From a virus (lineage: Duplodnaviria > Heunggongvirae > Uroviricota > Caudoviricetes): 64,000 bases of DNA. The notes beneath the pieces were generated by a model. It was not told the DNA's origin, did no database searches, and saw nothing but the letters and a program-made list of their open reading frames with translations. Each line of letters begins with the position of its first letter. Position 1 is the stretch's first letter. Shown in pieces: positions 30,933 to 39,976 of the stretch. The stretch is taken from IMG/VR virus record IMGVR_UViG_3300023210_000016; one strand, 5' to 3'. Position numbers and translations under genes: made by a program.

Positions 30933-31003
30933 AAGGTCGATTTGTTTTCGTTATAATCAAAAGTACGGTATCCGGTGCGTTTGCTGATTTCGACGGTGGA
31001 CAT
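30830..31003 (-). CDS. Small early protein, ~58 aa (ATG at 31001..31003; the track ORF extends into the 5'UTR)
   Basis: ATG preceded by RBS AGGAGA and the conserved 5'UTR/promoter module. Confidence 0.45.
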   Translation of the reverse strand: MSTVEISKRTGYRTFDYNENKSTFWVAKFSDGSEFDRYNTKKAALEDAKKYGLTVAK

Positions 31004-31033
31004 GTGATTTCTCCTGTTTGTTTCTACAATTGG

Positions 31034-31061
31034 ATAGTACCACATATTGGGCGCACGTCAA
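31034..31061 (-). promoter_or_regulatory. sigma70-like promoter TTGACG-N16-TACTAT with conserved 5'UTR (copy A)
   Basis: cgtcaa at 31056..31061 and atagta at 31034..31039; the UTR GTAGAAACAAACAGGAGA is shared with copies at 52917..52983 and 53303..53367. Confidence 0.6.
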
Positions 31062-31242
31062 GCTATTTTAGTGTTTTATATCTAACTTTTTGCCGGTGTG
31101 AGGACTTGTCATAGAAGGTGTTCGTGCAACACTGTTAACTTTCTGATCTGAATCAGGTTCGGTTCTGGTTGGTTTGATACGCTTGAAGCGTGTTATCACT
31201 GCTGTGAGTATTCTAATCTCTGGTATCATATAGTATTTACGT

Positions 31243-31267
31243 AAAAAAGGGGCCGAAGCCCCTTTTT
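31243..31267. terminator. Bidirectional rho-independent terminator A6-GGGGC-CGAA-GCCCC-T5
   Basis: Perfect GC hairpin flanked by an A-run and a T-run. Confidence 0.8.
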
Positions 31268-31286
31268 CACTACCACATGGTTAAAC

Positions 31287-32711
31287 TTACTGTTTGCGTG
31301 GTAAGGTTGCCGGTGCGGTAACTGGAGAACTTACCGTTTTGGCACCCATCTTGTCGAGCATACCCAATGTTGCTAGGATATCCATGGAGTTTGGCAGTGC
31401 ACTCTGCGATCCGCCGCCCATAACTACACTATCAGGCATTTCGATCTGGAAGCCGGGGAGTGCCCGATACATTGCGATGCTAACATCCTTCTGCAATTCA
31501 GCCATATAGATGTCACGTGCTGATTGCTTCGCTTGGAGTTTTGCTTTGTCAACTTGTGCTTCGGCAAGACCTTTAGCTAGGATAGCTTGTGCTTCGAACT
31601 TCGCAGCTTGAGCGTTGGCGTCTTGAATGCCAAGGTTAGCTTTTGAAACTGCCAGTACCTTCTCGCGTTCAACAACCGCTACATCTTTTTTACGGTTCTG
31701 GATAACCAGTTCACGCAATGCGATTTGTTGTTCAACTGCAACCAGCTTTTGATTATCGATAACAGCCAATTCTTTTTCGCGCAGTTTGATCTGAATCTGC
31801 TTGGCTTTTTCGATTTCTTGGCGTTGGGTTTCAGCTTTAGCTTCTGCCTTTGCCGTTTCAATCGTCTGGATGGCGTTGATCCGCTTTGCGACTAGTGCCC
31901 GTTTTGTATTCAAAAGATCGTTCAGGCGTTTGCCGGGATTTGGCTTATCAACTGTAACTTGTGACAACACGATGCCATACTGAGCTAGCGGATTATCTAA
32001 TCGTTTCGCTTGGCCCTTGTCATCCGTCAAAACAATATTCTTCCAGACCCGTTGTTGCTGCTGTTCAAGCTTGTTGCCATTTTGTTGTTCACTTGATACT
32101 GGCGCTAGACCGGTGGTTTCAACAACAACTTGGCGACGTTCGGTTTGATACAGACCATTAGCTAGCTGATCTTCAAGCTGAACTTTGAACTCATTCAATC
32201 CGCCTTGGTAGAACTCTTCACCAGTGTACTGTGTTGCAGTAACAACGGTAACGTTCTTCGCATTCTTCACCAACAACGCATCAACGAGGTTTTCGAAGCT
32301 ACGGAATTCTTTGTGAAGTGCGATGATTTCTTGTTCGCCGCGTGGTAATCGGAAACGGAATGTCGCCGGAATATCACCACCATAGGTGTCTGCGAAGGTC
32401 ACGGGCGTGTCTTCTAGTGTCCGTGTGAACTTGCCGCCATCAGGTGTACTGTCCAGCGAAATAGTTGCCACTTGCTTGTAAGGGTATACCTTCGTGAAAA
32501 ACGGTACCTTACCATGGATGCCAACGTCGGACACTCCACTTTCTGTGCCAAACAGACTGTCTTGCACAAAATAGCTATATCCGGAATCGGCTGTCCAGAA
32601 ACTGTTCAGGCCCACGATTAGTGCGGCACCGCCGATGACTACGTATTTGACTTTCGATTTTAGTCCATCGATTGCCTGTACGACTTTATCTTCTCTCGAT
32701 TGATTATCCAT
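31287..32711 (-). CDS. SPFH/band-7 (flotillin/HflK-like) membrane protein, 474 aa
   Basis: N-terminal TM helix, then a globular domain, then a long AEAKAE.../QxxLxxA coiled coil typical of the SPFH family. Confidence 0.45.
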   Translation of the reverse strand: MDNQSREDKVVQAIDGLKSKVKYVVIGGAALIVGLNSFWTADSGYSYFVQDSLFGTESGVSDVGIHGKVPFFTKVYPYKQVATISLDSTPDGGKFTRTLEDTPVTFADTYGGDIPATFRFRLPRGEQEIIALHKEFRSFENLVDALLVKNAKNVTVVTATQYTGEEFYQGGLNEFKVQLEDQLANGLYQTERRQVVVETTGLAPVSSEQQNGNKLEQQQQRVWKNIVLTDDKGQAKRLDNPLAQYGIVLSQVTVDKPNPGKRLNDLLNTKRALVAKRINAIQTIETAKAEAKAETQRQEIEKAKQIQIKLREKELAVIDNQKLVAVEQQIALRELVIQNRKKDVAVVEREKVLAVSKANLGIQDANAQAAKFEAQAILAKGLAEAQVDKAKLQAKQSARDIYMAELQKDVSIAMYRALPGFQIEMPDSVVMGGGSQSALPNSMDILATLGMLDKMGAKTVSSPVTAPATLPRKQ

Positions 32712-32973
32712 TTATGTATCCTTTCAGGATTGTTTTGGATCGTTCAGTTTAGTTACGCTCTTGATTAAACTTCATGCAGTATAGCAAAGGTGTATACCCG
32801 TGTCCACTGTTTATTTCGAGTTTTTTGATTTTCTTAGTTTTTGGAGAATGTCGGCATCAAGGTCATGACCAATCTCTTGGGCTAGCACATTCATGATCTC
32901 TTTTTCTACGTCAAGTCCTATGTAAGATGTACACTCACGGTCCATCCAACGTTTCTGACGTGCTTTGTCTTTT

Positions 32974-33366
32974 TTAGTTTTCATCCGCGCAAGCACACTT
33001 CACTTCATAATCATGAATAGCTGCTTTGATCGCATCTTCCGCTAACACCGAACAGTGAATTTTCACAGGTGGCAATGCCAACTCTTCTGCAATCTGTGTG
33101 TTTTTAATATCACCAGCTTCTGCAAGAGTTTTACCTTTTACCCATTCTGTGACCAAACTAGATGAAGCAATAGCTGACCCGCAACCAAATGTTTTGAACT
33201 TCGCATCTTGAATGATACCGTCCTGAACTTCGATTTGGAGTTTCATCACATCACCACAAGCCGGACTCCCCACTAATCCGGTTCCTACCGTAATTGAGTC
33301 TTTGTCCATAGCGCCAATGTTGCGCAGGTTCTCGTAATGATCTAATAGTTTGTCTGAGTATGCCAT
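32974..33366 (-). CDS. iscU: Fe-S cluster assembly scaffold IscU, 130 aa
   Basis: Near-identity to IscU signature segments: 'GSPACGDVMKLQI', 'FKTFGCGSAIASSSLVTEWVKGK', 'LPPVKIHCSVLAEDAIKAAI'. Confidence 0.95.
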   Translation of the reverse strand: MAYSDKLLDHYENLRNIGAMDKDSITVGTGLVGSPACGDVMKLQIEVQDGIIQDAKFKTFGCGSAIASSSLVTEWVKGKTLAEAGDIKNTQIAEELALPPVKIHCSVLAEDAIKAAIHDYEVKCACADEN

Positions 33367-33537
33367 GTTAATCCACCAATATGTCTTTTGCTTGTATTGC
33401 TGATCGTTTCAGCCATTGCTCAAGCTCTTCGATATCCTTCTTGCATTCGTCGCTAATAGCCCATCGAGCACTTTCCTCTGGAGTGAGCACTCGTTCTTTG
33501 GGGCTAATATTAGGAACCGGAGTTCCAAAAGTTGTCT

Positions 33538-33732
33538 TCATCCGTAATAATAGTGGAACTGTTCAATCTTTATCAAGTGTAGAAGAACTTTGTCCATTCC
33601 TTCCTGTGTTACGCATTTCTTGGATGGTGTTGTGCCAAGTGAATCACTTACCTTAACCATCCAGTCTTCCGCTCTATCTTTGTTACCAAATACCTCTTCC
33701 GCCCGATCTAATATAGTTTCATAATTCGACAT
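33538..33732 (-). CDS. Hypothetical protein, 64 aa
   Basis: ORF. Confidence 0.35.
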   Translation of the reverse strand: MSNYETILDRAEEVFGNKDRAEDWMVKVSDSLGTTPSKKCVTQEGMDKVLLHLIKIEQFHYYYG

Positions 33733-33928
33733 CAGTGTTCTCCAAGAGTCTAGTAACTTTACTTATCTGTTTAGCTACTCGTTTCATGGTTTGGACCGAT
33801 ATTTTGTCATGATTCTCTTGGCGTTCGATATCGTGTATCGCACCCTGAAGGTTCAAATACGCATCATGTTCGTTGCCGACACCCAATGCGTCTTTAATGT
33901 TGGCTCTGAGGTCACATAGCTCACACAC
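33719..33928 (-). CDS. Hypothetical protein, 69 aa
   Basis: ORF. Confidence 0.35.
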   Translation of the reverse strand: MCELCDLRANIKDALGVGNEHDAYLNLQGAIHDIERQENHDKISVQTMKRVAKQISKVTRLLENTDVEL

Positions 33929-34769
33929 GAGTAGCAGCCCTCATTCCTCGGGTTTGGCCACATGCAGCCCCGATATTGGAACCATCTGTCATGTGATATT
34001 CAACAGATACGCCACGCTCACGTAGATGCATTACGAATGCACCAATATCAGCATCTGATGCAGATTCGAGCTTACTGCGGATGATCGGATTGAACTGACT
34101 GATTTTGATATGCTCATTCGGGAATGTATCGGCTATTTCCTCGGCATCAGCAATACTATCATTGACGCCCTTGAGCAATGCGAAATTCAATTCAACTGGT
34201 CGATCTTCGAACTCGGTGATCATGTGATATTCATGAATAGCTTGTGCTATATCATCAATAGGTTTGGCGAGTGGGATCAACCATTCGCGTACATCGGGGT
34301 CCATCGAGTGGATCGATACCTGCAGCTTGAATGGTACTGAGAATTTCTCACGTGCCAAATCCACAATACGATCAGTTGCCACACCAGATGTTGAGACAGA
34401 AATCCGACAGTTCTCATGTTGCTCTAGATGGCGCATGGTGCCTAAAACATTTTTGTAATTCAGCAATGGTTCGCCTTCGCCCATAAAGCTGAACAATACG
34501 ACTTTTCCGTCTTCGGCATCGGTCGAATGTCTAGACATCATTGAATAGATTTGGTTCAGCATTTCGCCAGTGGTCAAGTTCACGGTTGTTTTCTCGGCAT
34601 CAGGAGATGCGCAAAAAGCACACCCAACGGCACAATTTAATTGTGTTGAGAAACATACAACTTGTTTTTCTGGTCGATTGAAATAGATTGCTTCGGCGTG
34701 GTTGCCGTTGAAAACCTCGATCAGGTCTTTTTGTACTTGGGCTTCGCCCATCGGTATTTGATCCATCAT
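33921..34769 (-). CDS. RlmN/Cfr-family radical SAM methyltransferase (N-terminally short), 282 aa
   Basis: 'LNCAVGCAFCAS' (Cx3Cx2C in the RlmN context), 'FMGEGEPLLN', 'VSTSGV' match RlmN blocks. Confidence 0.75.
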   Translation of the reverse strand: MMDQIPMGEAQVQKDLIEVFNGNHAEAIYFNRPEKQVVCFSTQLNCAVGCAFCASPDAEKTTVNLTTGEMLNQIYSMMSRHSTDAEDGKVVLFSFMGEGEPLLNYKNVLGTMRHLEQHENCRISVSTSGVATDRIVDLAREKFSVPFKLQVSIHSMDPDVREWLIPLAKPIDDIAQAIHEYHMITEFEDRPVELNFALLKGVNDSIADAEEIADTFPNEHIKISQFNPIIRSKLESASDADIGAFVMHLRERGVSVEYHMTDGSNIGAACGQTRGMRAATRV

Positions 34770-34775
34770 ATGTTC

Positions 34776-35879
34776 CTAATTCTTTTTCCATATCCAAGTT
34801 GGTTCAGCAAACGATCCAACTTTGTCTTTCAGCGCACCTGAATTCGGTCGTTTTCTCATTTCGTAACCAATACAACCAACGTATGTCGCCCCTGTTTTTT
34901 GTTGTATTTTGTCATTCATTCTATCACATATCTGATTGATAGTGTGATTCGAGTACACATCACTGATATTGAGAATCAAATGGCCGGAAGTTTCTAATCG
35001 ATCCCACATGTTATCAATGGTGGCAAACATGAATTTATTCATCCAGTCATCAAACTTTCTGAACTCTTTAAACGATTGATCCTCTTCTTGGGTATATCGT
35101 TCAATGTTGTAATACGGCGGCGATGTGAAAATGGTATCATACGTATTTCCAGTGTCGGGAAACTCTTGGGCTTTACCCACATTCATGTCGATAGTCTTGT
35201 TTCCGCCGTACATCTTAATTTGATCTTTGTATCCTTGTACTAAGGTTTGGTTTGGATCGATTCCGGTATATGATGTCGCATTAGATGCACAAAATCCCGC
35301 AAGTCGATCTCCCCATCCAGAACTGAAATCCAAAACATTAACTGATTCAAACTTATTATACACCGCCTTTGCAGCACTAGGTCTAAACTGACTCGCGATA
35401 TACTTTCTCAACGCAATACAAGACCTAAGTGTTTTTGTGTCAACTTTTGTAACCTTCAGCGACCAGAGAGCATTAAGCATCGTCATTCTAAATTTCTTGA
35501 TATACCAAGATCGGTATGGGCTAGGAGCATTGATGCTGTCACATTTCCATCTGTTCTCTTGGTGAAAATAATCTGATGCTTTGTTGCCAACACTGGACGA
35601 TTTAATGATGGTGTCTGTGCTGTCGTATTTGTAATCATACCTACTGAAAAATGGAGTATCTATGAACAGGCTTTGCTCGTCCAAATCTTTCAGACTTTGA
35701 AAAGCATCCATAGCTTCTTCTTTGGTAATGGTTCGCATGGGCATAGGCAATTGATCAATTGCGTCTGATATCATTTCCTTAATGTATTCTTTGTCGTGAT
35801 TTTGGTTAAGCTCCACCCACTGTTCGGGGGTTATGCTGATTTCGCTGTTTTGTATAATATTCATTCTTAAGTGTATCAC
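34776..35879 (-). CDS. SAM-dependent DNA methyltransferase (N4C/N6A type), 367 aa
   Basis: Motif I 'DFSSGWGDR' and motif IV 'FTSPPYYN'. Confidence 0.6.
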   Translation of the reverse strand: MIHLRMNIIQNSEISITPEQWVELNQNHDKEYIKEMISDAIDQLPMPMRTITKEEAMDAFQSLKDLDEQSLFIDTPFFSRYDYKYDSTDTIIKSSSVGNKASDYFHQENRWKCDSINAPSPYRSWYIKKFRMTMLNALWSLKVTKVDTKTLRSCIALRKYIASQFRPSAAKAVYNKFESVNVLDFSSGWGDRLAGFCASNATSYTGIDPNQTLVQGYKDQIKMYGGNKTIDMNVGKAQEFPDTGNTYDTIFTSPPYYNIERYTQEEDQSFKEFRKFDDWMNKFMFATIDNMWDRLETSGHLILNISDVYSNHTINQICDRMNDKIQQKTGATYVGCIGYEMRKRPNSGALKDKVGSFAEPTWIWKKN

Positions 35880-35934
35880 ATTGTCTATTCAGATCACAAT
35901 ACATATTTTTGATGATAATGCATTTTTGAACCTG

Positions 35935-36126
35935 TTAGGTTAAAGGATTTTCTGTTTCATCTAACGTATGACCATTTTGTGCGGCGTTGGATACTTTGAA
36001 GGCGATGATCTTAGCATAGTTCACCAAATCATCATGTGATAGCCTGTATTCTTTTGTGATGGTGTCATATGTTAAATCAGAAGATGATTCACCGGCCAGT
36101 GCCACCATATCAACTTTGCTTGTCAT
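35935..36126 (-). CDS. Hypothetical protein, 63 aa
   Basis: ORF downstream of a promoter. Confidence 0.35.
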   Translation of the reverse strand: MTSKVDMVALAGESSSDLTYDTITKEYRLSHDDLVNYAKIIAFKVSNAAQNGHTLDETENPLT

Positions 36127-36230
36127 GTCATTCCTCTTTGGTTGGAGCCTGTATTCGGTACCGCCCCGAATTCTTAACCTTGGAAGGGTTATACATCACT
36201 TTAATGCTTTACAGGCTTATATTAACGTAT

Positions 36231-36259
36231 ATAGTACATTGTTATTTATACCATGTCAA
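36231..36259 (-). promoter_or_regulatory. sigma70-like promoter TTGACA-N17-TACTAT (minus strand)
   Basis: tgtcaa at 36254..36259 and atagta at 36231..36236. Confidence 0.5.
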
Positions 36260-36276
36260 GTTTAATTATCAATTAG

Positions 36277-36348
36277 AGCGGCCAGTCGGGTTCGAACCGA
36301 CGACATTTTCGTTGGCAACGAAATATTCTACCACTGAATTATGGCCGC
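36277..36348 (-). tRNA. tRNA-Gly (anticodon GCC), 72 nt, no encoded CCA
   Basis: Canonical cloverleaf: acceptor GCGGCCA/TGGCCGC, D-arm ATTC-AGTGGTA-GAAT, anticodon loop TTGCCAA, T-arm GTCGG-TTCGAAC-CCGAC. Confidence 0.85.
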
Positions 36349-36632
36349 ATATCCTTTAAGGGGGTAACATCAAGTATCCTATATCCCTTGGTGCCTCGTT
36401 TCACGTAATTACGATTTAGGTTCCTTTCTTTGCAGTAGTCCGTTAGATTGGTGGTTATATCAATATTCCCATGCGGGGTTTGTATCGTATATTGATTTCT
36501 AGGGCGTGTCTTGTTCTTGTATTTACTATTGAATACCCCTTCGGATATTTTCTTTCGATATGATGCATCTTTTGGCAGGTTGCATGGATGATTTTCATAA
36601 TTCACTTTTTCATGTAAAGTGTTCCCCATCAT
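36339..36632 (-). CDS. Hypothetical basic protein, 97 aa (start uncertain; overlaps the 5' end of tRNA-Gly)
   Basis: ORF. Confidence 0.3.
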   Translation of the reverse strand: MMGNTLHEKVNYENHPCNLPKDASYRKKISEGVFNSKYKNKTRPRNQYTIQTPHGNIDITTNLTDYCKERNLNRNYVKRGTKGYRILDVTPLKDMRP

Positions 36633-36826
36633 TCGCTGTCTTTGTTGCCGTTGTTGACTTCACAAAATAATGTTCTGGTGATTTGGTATGGGTCTGTCAT
36701 GTAATGATTCGGGATCAACTTATTCGCAGCGATATAATACTCGGCGGTATTGCCGGTTTGGCTGAACAATAGCATCAGGCTGATCATCAACAGCATGCCT
36801 ACGAGTGATATTGCCTTTTCCATCAT
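36629..36826 (-). CDS. Small secreted/membrane protein, 65 aa
   Basis: Hydrophobic N-terminus 'MMEKAISLVGMLLMISLMLLF'. Confidence 0.4.
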   Translation of the reverse strand: MMEKAISLVGMLLMISLMLLFSQTGNTAEYYIAANKLIPNHYMTDPYQITRTLFCEVNNGNKDSE

Positions 36827-37341
36827 GATCTCCCTATGAAGATGGTTTCAGAGTTGTCGTTCTTATCAAATAAATGCCAGCAACAGTTATCTTTTCCTGA
36901 CATTTTCGAATCTGGAATCCACTTAATTCTACCGATACTTACGATTTTGGAACAGTACTGCATGTACGGAACCGATTGTTTTGTGTGACACCAGTCACTA
37001 TCGAAGAGTAACCATGTAGGAGCAATTCCCGCTAAAGTTTCTATTATGGGATGTAATAATTTTCTGTCCCATGGTGGGTTCGTAATGAAGTAATCTCCGC
37101 TACAGTGTTGAATGTCAAAGATATCGTATTGTTCGATATCGCCCCGTTGTGGTTCAATGTCAGACATCGAAGTACAAAGATGTCCATGAGTTATAAGATG
37201 TTCAACAAGTTGACCATCGCCAGCACAGGGTTCATCGAACTTAGTGCCGGGTAACAAATGTGGTAACAGTGGCTCCACTGCTTTCATCGGAGTGGGGTAC
37301 CAGTCCCTTTCTTTTCTAACAAAATCACTTCGTTTTCCCAT
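36823..37341 (-). CDS. N6-adenine (or N4-cytosine) DNA methyltransferase, 172 aa
   Basis: 'DWYPTP', motif I 'DEPCAGDGQ', motif IV 'ITNPPW'. Confidence 0.7.
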   Translation of the reverse strand: MGKRSDFVRKERDWYPTPMKAVEPLLPHLLPGTKFDEPCAGDGQLVEHLITHGHLCTSMSDIEPQRGDIEQYDIFDIQHCSGDYFITNPPWDRKLLHPIIETLAGIAPTWLLFDSDWCHTKQSVPYMQYCSKIVSIGRIKWIPDSKMSGKDNCCWHLFDKNDNSETIFIGRS

Positions 37342-37455
37342 TATTTCCTTTCGGTTCGTAGATGCTCTTCAATGTGTGTCAATGACGAGCAACTGTACAT
37401 GCTAGATACAGCGATAATCAGTAGGAGTATCACTATTGCTCTGCTAGGGTCGGTT

Positions 37456-37866
37456 TTACGTCTGTTGTTCATTTTGATCTTCTATAAACTGTTCATCTTT
37501 TTTGGTCTTCTCGCCTTGTATGAGTTTTTTCATTCGGCGTCTAGATTTCCCGGCCTCAAATTTGATCACCGGTCGCCATACCATCACATCTATATATACT
37601 CGTTCAAGTCTAGTGAAAAATTCTTGATAACCGCCTGTATTGGCACTGTACATGTCAGTGGATAGTCCATGGCAAGTTACCGATAGTTTAGTGATTACAA
37701 GCGTTCTTGACCATTTATCCAATGGGTTCACCACGACGAGGATCGAAGTTGTCTCGTTGTTGAACTTGATTGGACATTCTTTGCCAGCGAGATCATACAT
37801 CACTTTGTTTTTTCTGTGATCAGAAATCAGCTTCCCTAATTCTCGAACGAATGGTCGGATGAACAT
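37456..37866 (-). CDS. Hypothetical protein, 136 aa
   Basis: ORF. Confidence 0.4.
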   Translation of the reverse strand: MFIRPFVRELGKLISDHRKNKVMYDLAGKECPIKFNNETTSILVVVNPLDKWSRTLVITKLSVTCHGLSTDMYSANTGGYQEFFTRLERVYIDVMVWRPVIKFEAGKSRRRMKKLIQGEKTKKDEQFIEDQNEQQT

Positions 37867-38243
37867 TATTGATCCTGATTCTGTCTATTTTGCATTGCTT
37901 CGTATTGTTTTTTCGTATTGTTATTCCAGTTCAGTGCACCAGTGATAGCACTCGCAAACCCGCGCCAAATCCGTCCAATTAGCATTCCAATCAAAATTAC
38001 CAATACCACAATGAGTCCAGAGAAGATCGCCCCAAAGACCGGAGATAAAATGTTCTGCAGGATATTATCACTGGACATCAGGAATACAGTGGTTAAGAAC
38101 ATGAATATGATCGGTCCACCAATCCACATCCACGCCTTGGCCGGATTAGACAGAAACCATTCTACGGATTTCATTACTAGAAACATTGGATATGACATCT
38201 TGACTTCTTTCGGTGCTAAATCAAAGGATATATATCGTCCCAT
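37866..38243 (-). CDS. Integral membrane protein, 125 aa (3 predicted TM helices)
   Basis: Hydrophobic segments. Confidence 0.45.
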   Translation of the reverse strand: MGRYISFDLAPKEVKMSYPMFLVMKSVEWFLSNPAKAWMWIGGPIIFMFLTTVFLMSSDNILQNILSPVFGAIFSGLIVVLVILIGMLIGRIWRGFASAITGALNWNNNTKKQYEAMQNRQNQDQ

Positions 38244-38269
38244 GATAATTGATCTTTAGTTAATATTAG

Positions 38270-38361
38270 TACCCCCGCCGAGACTCGAACTCGGAACGCT
38301 CTCTAATCTGGAGACTGTGCTGATTATAAATCAGGGGTTTTACCAATTAAACTACGGGGGC
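38270..38361 (-). tRNA. Atypical tRNA, 92 nt: anticodon loop TTTATAA (UAU, Ile-AUA-like), long 24-nt variable arm with its own stem-loop; no CCA
   Basis: Acceptor GCCCCCG/CGGGGGT (G1-U72), D-arm GTTT-AATTGGTA-AAAC, anticodon stem CTGA/TCAG, T-arm CCGAG-TTCGAGT-CTCGG. Confidence 0.5.
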
Positions 38362-38368
38362 AAGGGTG

Positions 38369-38707
38369 TTAGCGCGATATCTTCTTGATGATATTATTGT
38401 ACTCTATCGCGGTCTTCTTGTCTATCTGATCCTTGCGAAACATGTCGAAAAACTTGCGCCACCACGATGATGGTTTTTGTGCTAATTTATCGGACATCGA
38501 CTGTAGTATCACCATTTCTGAATGGGTCAACACCGTTAACGTATCTTCTTCTTCTGGTATCACCGACTGTAGGATATTCTCTGATCCTTCTGGAACTTGC
38601 ACACCGTACTCACTCAATACGGCATGCGCAGTTGTGCGATTGCGAGTGAATGCTCTCTTTTTCTTTTTGCCGACTGTGTGGCCGGGAATGAAGCTGCGTG
38701 GGTCCAT
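38369..38707 (-). CDS. Hypothetical protein, 112 aa
   Basis: ORF. Confidence 0.4.
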   Translation of the reverse strand: MDPRSFIPGHTVGKKKKRAFTRNRTTAHAVLSEYGVQVPEGSENILQSVIPEEEDTLTVLTHSEMVILQSMSDKLAQKPSSWWRKFFDMFRKDQIDKKTAIEYNNIIKKISR

Positions 38708-39105
38708 AGTATTATTTAGCTTTCTGGTGGATCACCAGACGGTTCCTTACCCACACCAACATATCCCCATCGTTCTGGCTGAGATTCAAAAAACTCGATT
38801 GCCAGTGGAGAATACCCCTTCGACCGTCCGATCACCCATCCAAGGCAGTACCCAATAAGGGTACCGCCGATGGCAGATAGGATAATATTGGTCATAGTTC
38901 AGTCCTATCCACTGGCCACGCTTCTTCGTGCGTTTCCAAATTGTCGAGTGCTTCCCACAACGCCGCAATGTGCGGACAATACGGCTCTTCGCCGGGATAT
39001 TCGTTGTGCCACCACGTTTTGAATTTTATGGCACGATCAACGACCTGTTCATAATGACCCATGTGGTTATCCATCCCCTCTAGGTCTATCGTCACCGTTT
39101 CAAAT

Positions 39106-39714
39106 TCACCCATCGGTTTTTTCCAATTCTTTATCTAGTTCTTTGAACAGTTTTTCCTTGGTCGCATCTTTCATTTTCAGTTGCTTGTTCTTCAAGATAT
39201 TCTTCATTACCTCGTTGATTTCAGCATCAGGATACTCCAAGAGAACGTACACACGGAACCGATGTTGGACCTGTTGGACTTCCATTTCCTTGCGGTTGTA
39301 ACCATACACCGGAGTGTTTCGGATCACATTCGCAGTCACACGTTCAAAGTCCTGCATAACTTGAGCATCGTCGTCCAATCCTGCTTCGGTGGAGAACTCA
39401 CGAATTTTCTCGGTCAATCGTCCATTGACCCGATCAGCGAGTTTTCGCTTCGCAGTCAAGGTGGCCTTGGTTTCGGCCATTTCCAGATCGGTGCTGATGC
39501 CCGAACCGGCGCTGTATACAGCATGATCGGATGTAGGCAGTTCAATGTACCAGTCTGGAAGATCATCGATTTGATCATCAACGGCTTCGGCCTGTTGTTC
39601 GCGCTTCTCCTGCAGAATCTCATACTTTGCTTCTGGAGAACCCGGCTCGTTTGACCATGGGGTTGAGCAAGCGCCCAATGCCACGGTGATAGCAATCGCG
39701 ATAATTTTCTTCAT
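39106..39714 (-). CDS. Lipoprotein, 202 aa
   Basis: Signal peptide plus lipobox 'ITVALGAC'. Confidence 0.6.
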   Translation of the reverse strand: MKKIIAIAITVALGACSTPWSNEPGSPEAKYEILQEKREQQAEAVDDQIDDLPDWYIELPTSDHAVYSAGSGISTDLEMAETKATLTAKRKLADRVNGRLTEKIREFSTEAGLDDDAQVMQDFERVTANVIRNTPVYGYNRKEMEVQQVQHRFRVYVLLEYPDAEINEVMKNILKNKQLKMKDATKEKLFKELDKELEKTDG

Positions 39715-39715
39715 G

Positions 39716-39976
39716 TTATTTTCTTTCTACTTTGTTGCAGGACAACCCGCCCTTATTTTCACCGGCCACATAGAGGCAGTACAAGCCACTTGCTGGATCA
39801 ATCCAAGCGTATGCCCGAAGATTCCAGCCTTTGGCCTCGACCGTATATGTTTTGGTGTCAACGGTTTCATCAATTAATGAACCTAGTGATTCTAAAAACC
39901 CTGCCTGTGCTGAACCGAATGCGATGCCAGCGGTGATGATAACGGATGCGGCAATAACGCCAAGTGTCTGTCTCAT
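39716..39976 (-). CDS. Small secreted protein, 86 aa
   Basis: Signal peptide 'MRQTLGVIAASVIITAGIAFGSAQA'. Confidence 0.5.
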   Translation of the reverse strand: MRQTLGVIAASVIITAGIAFGSAQAGFLESLGSLIDETVDTKTYTVEAKGWNLRAYAWIDPASGLYCLYVAGENKGGLSCNKVERK

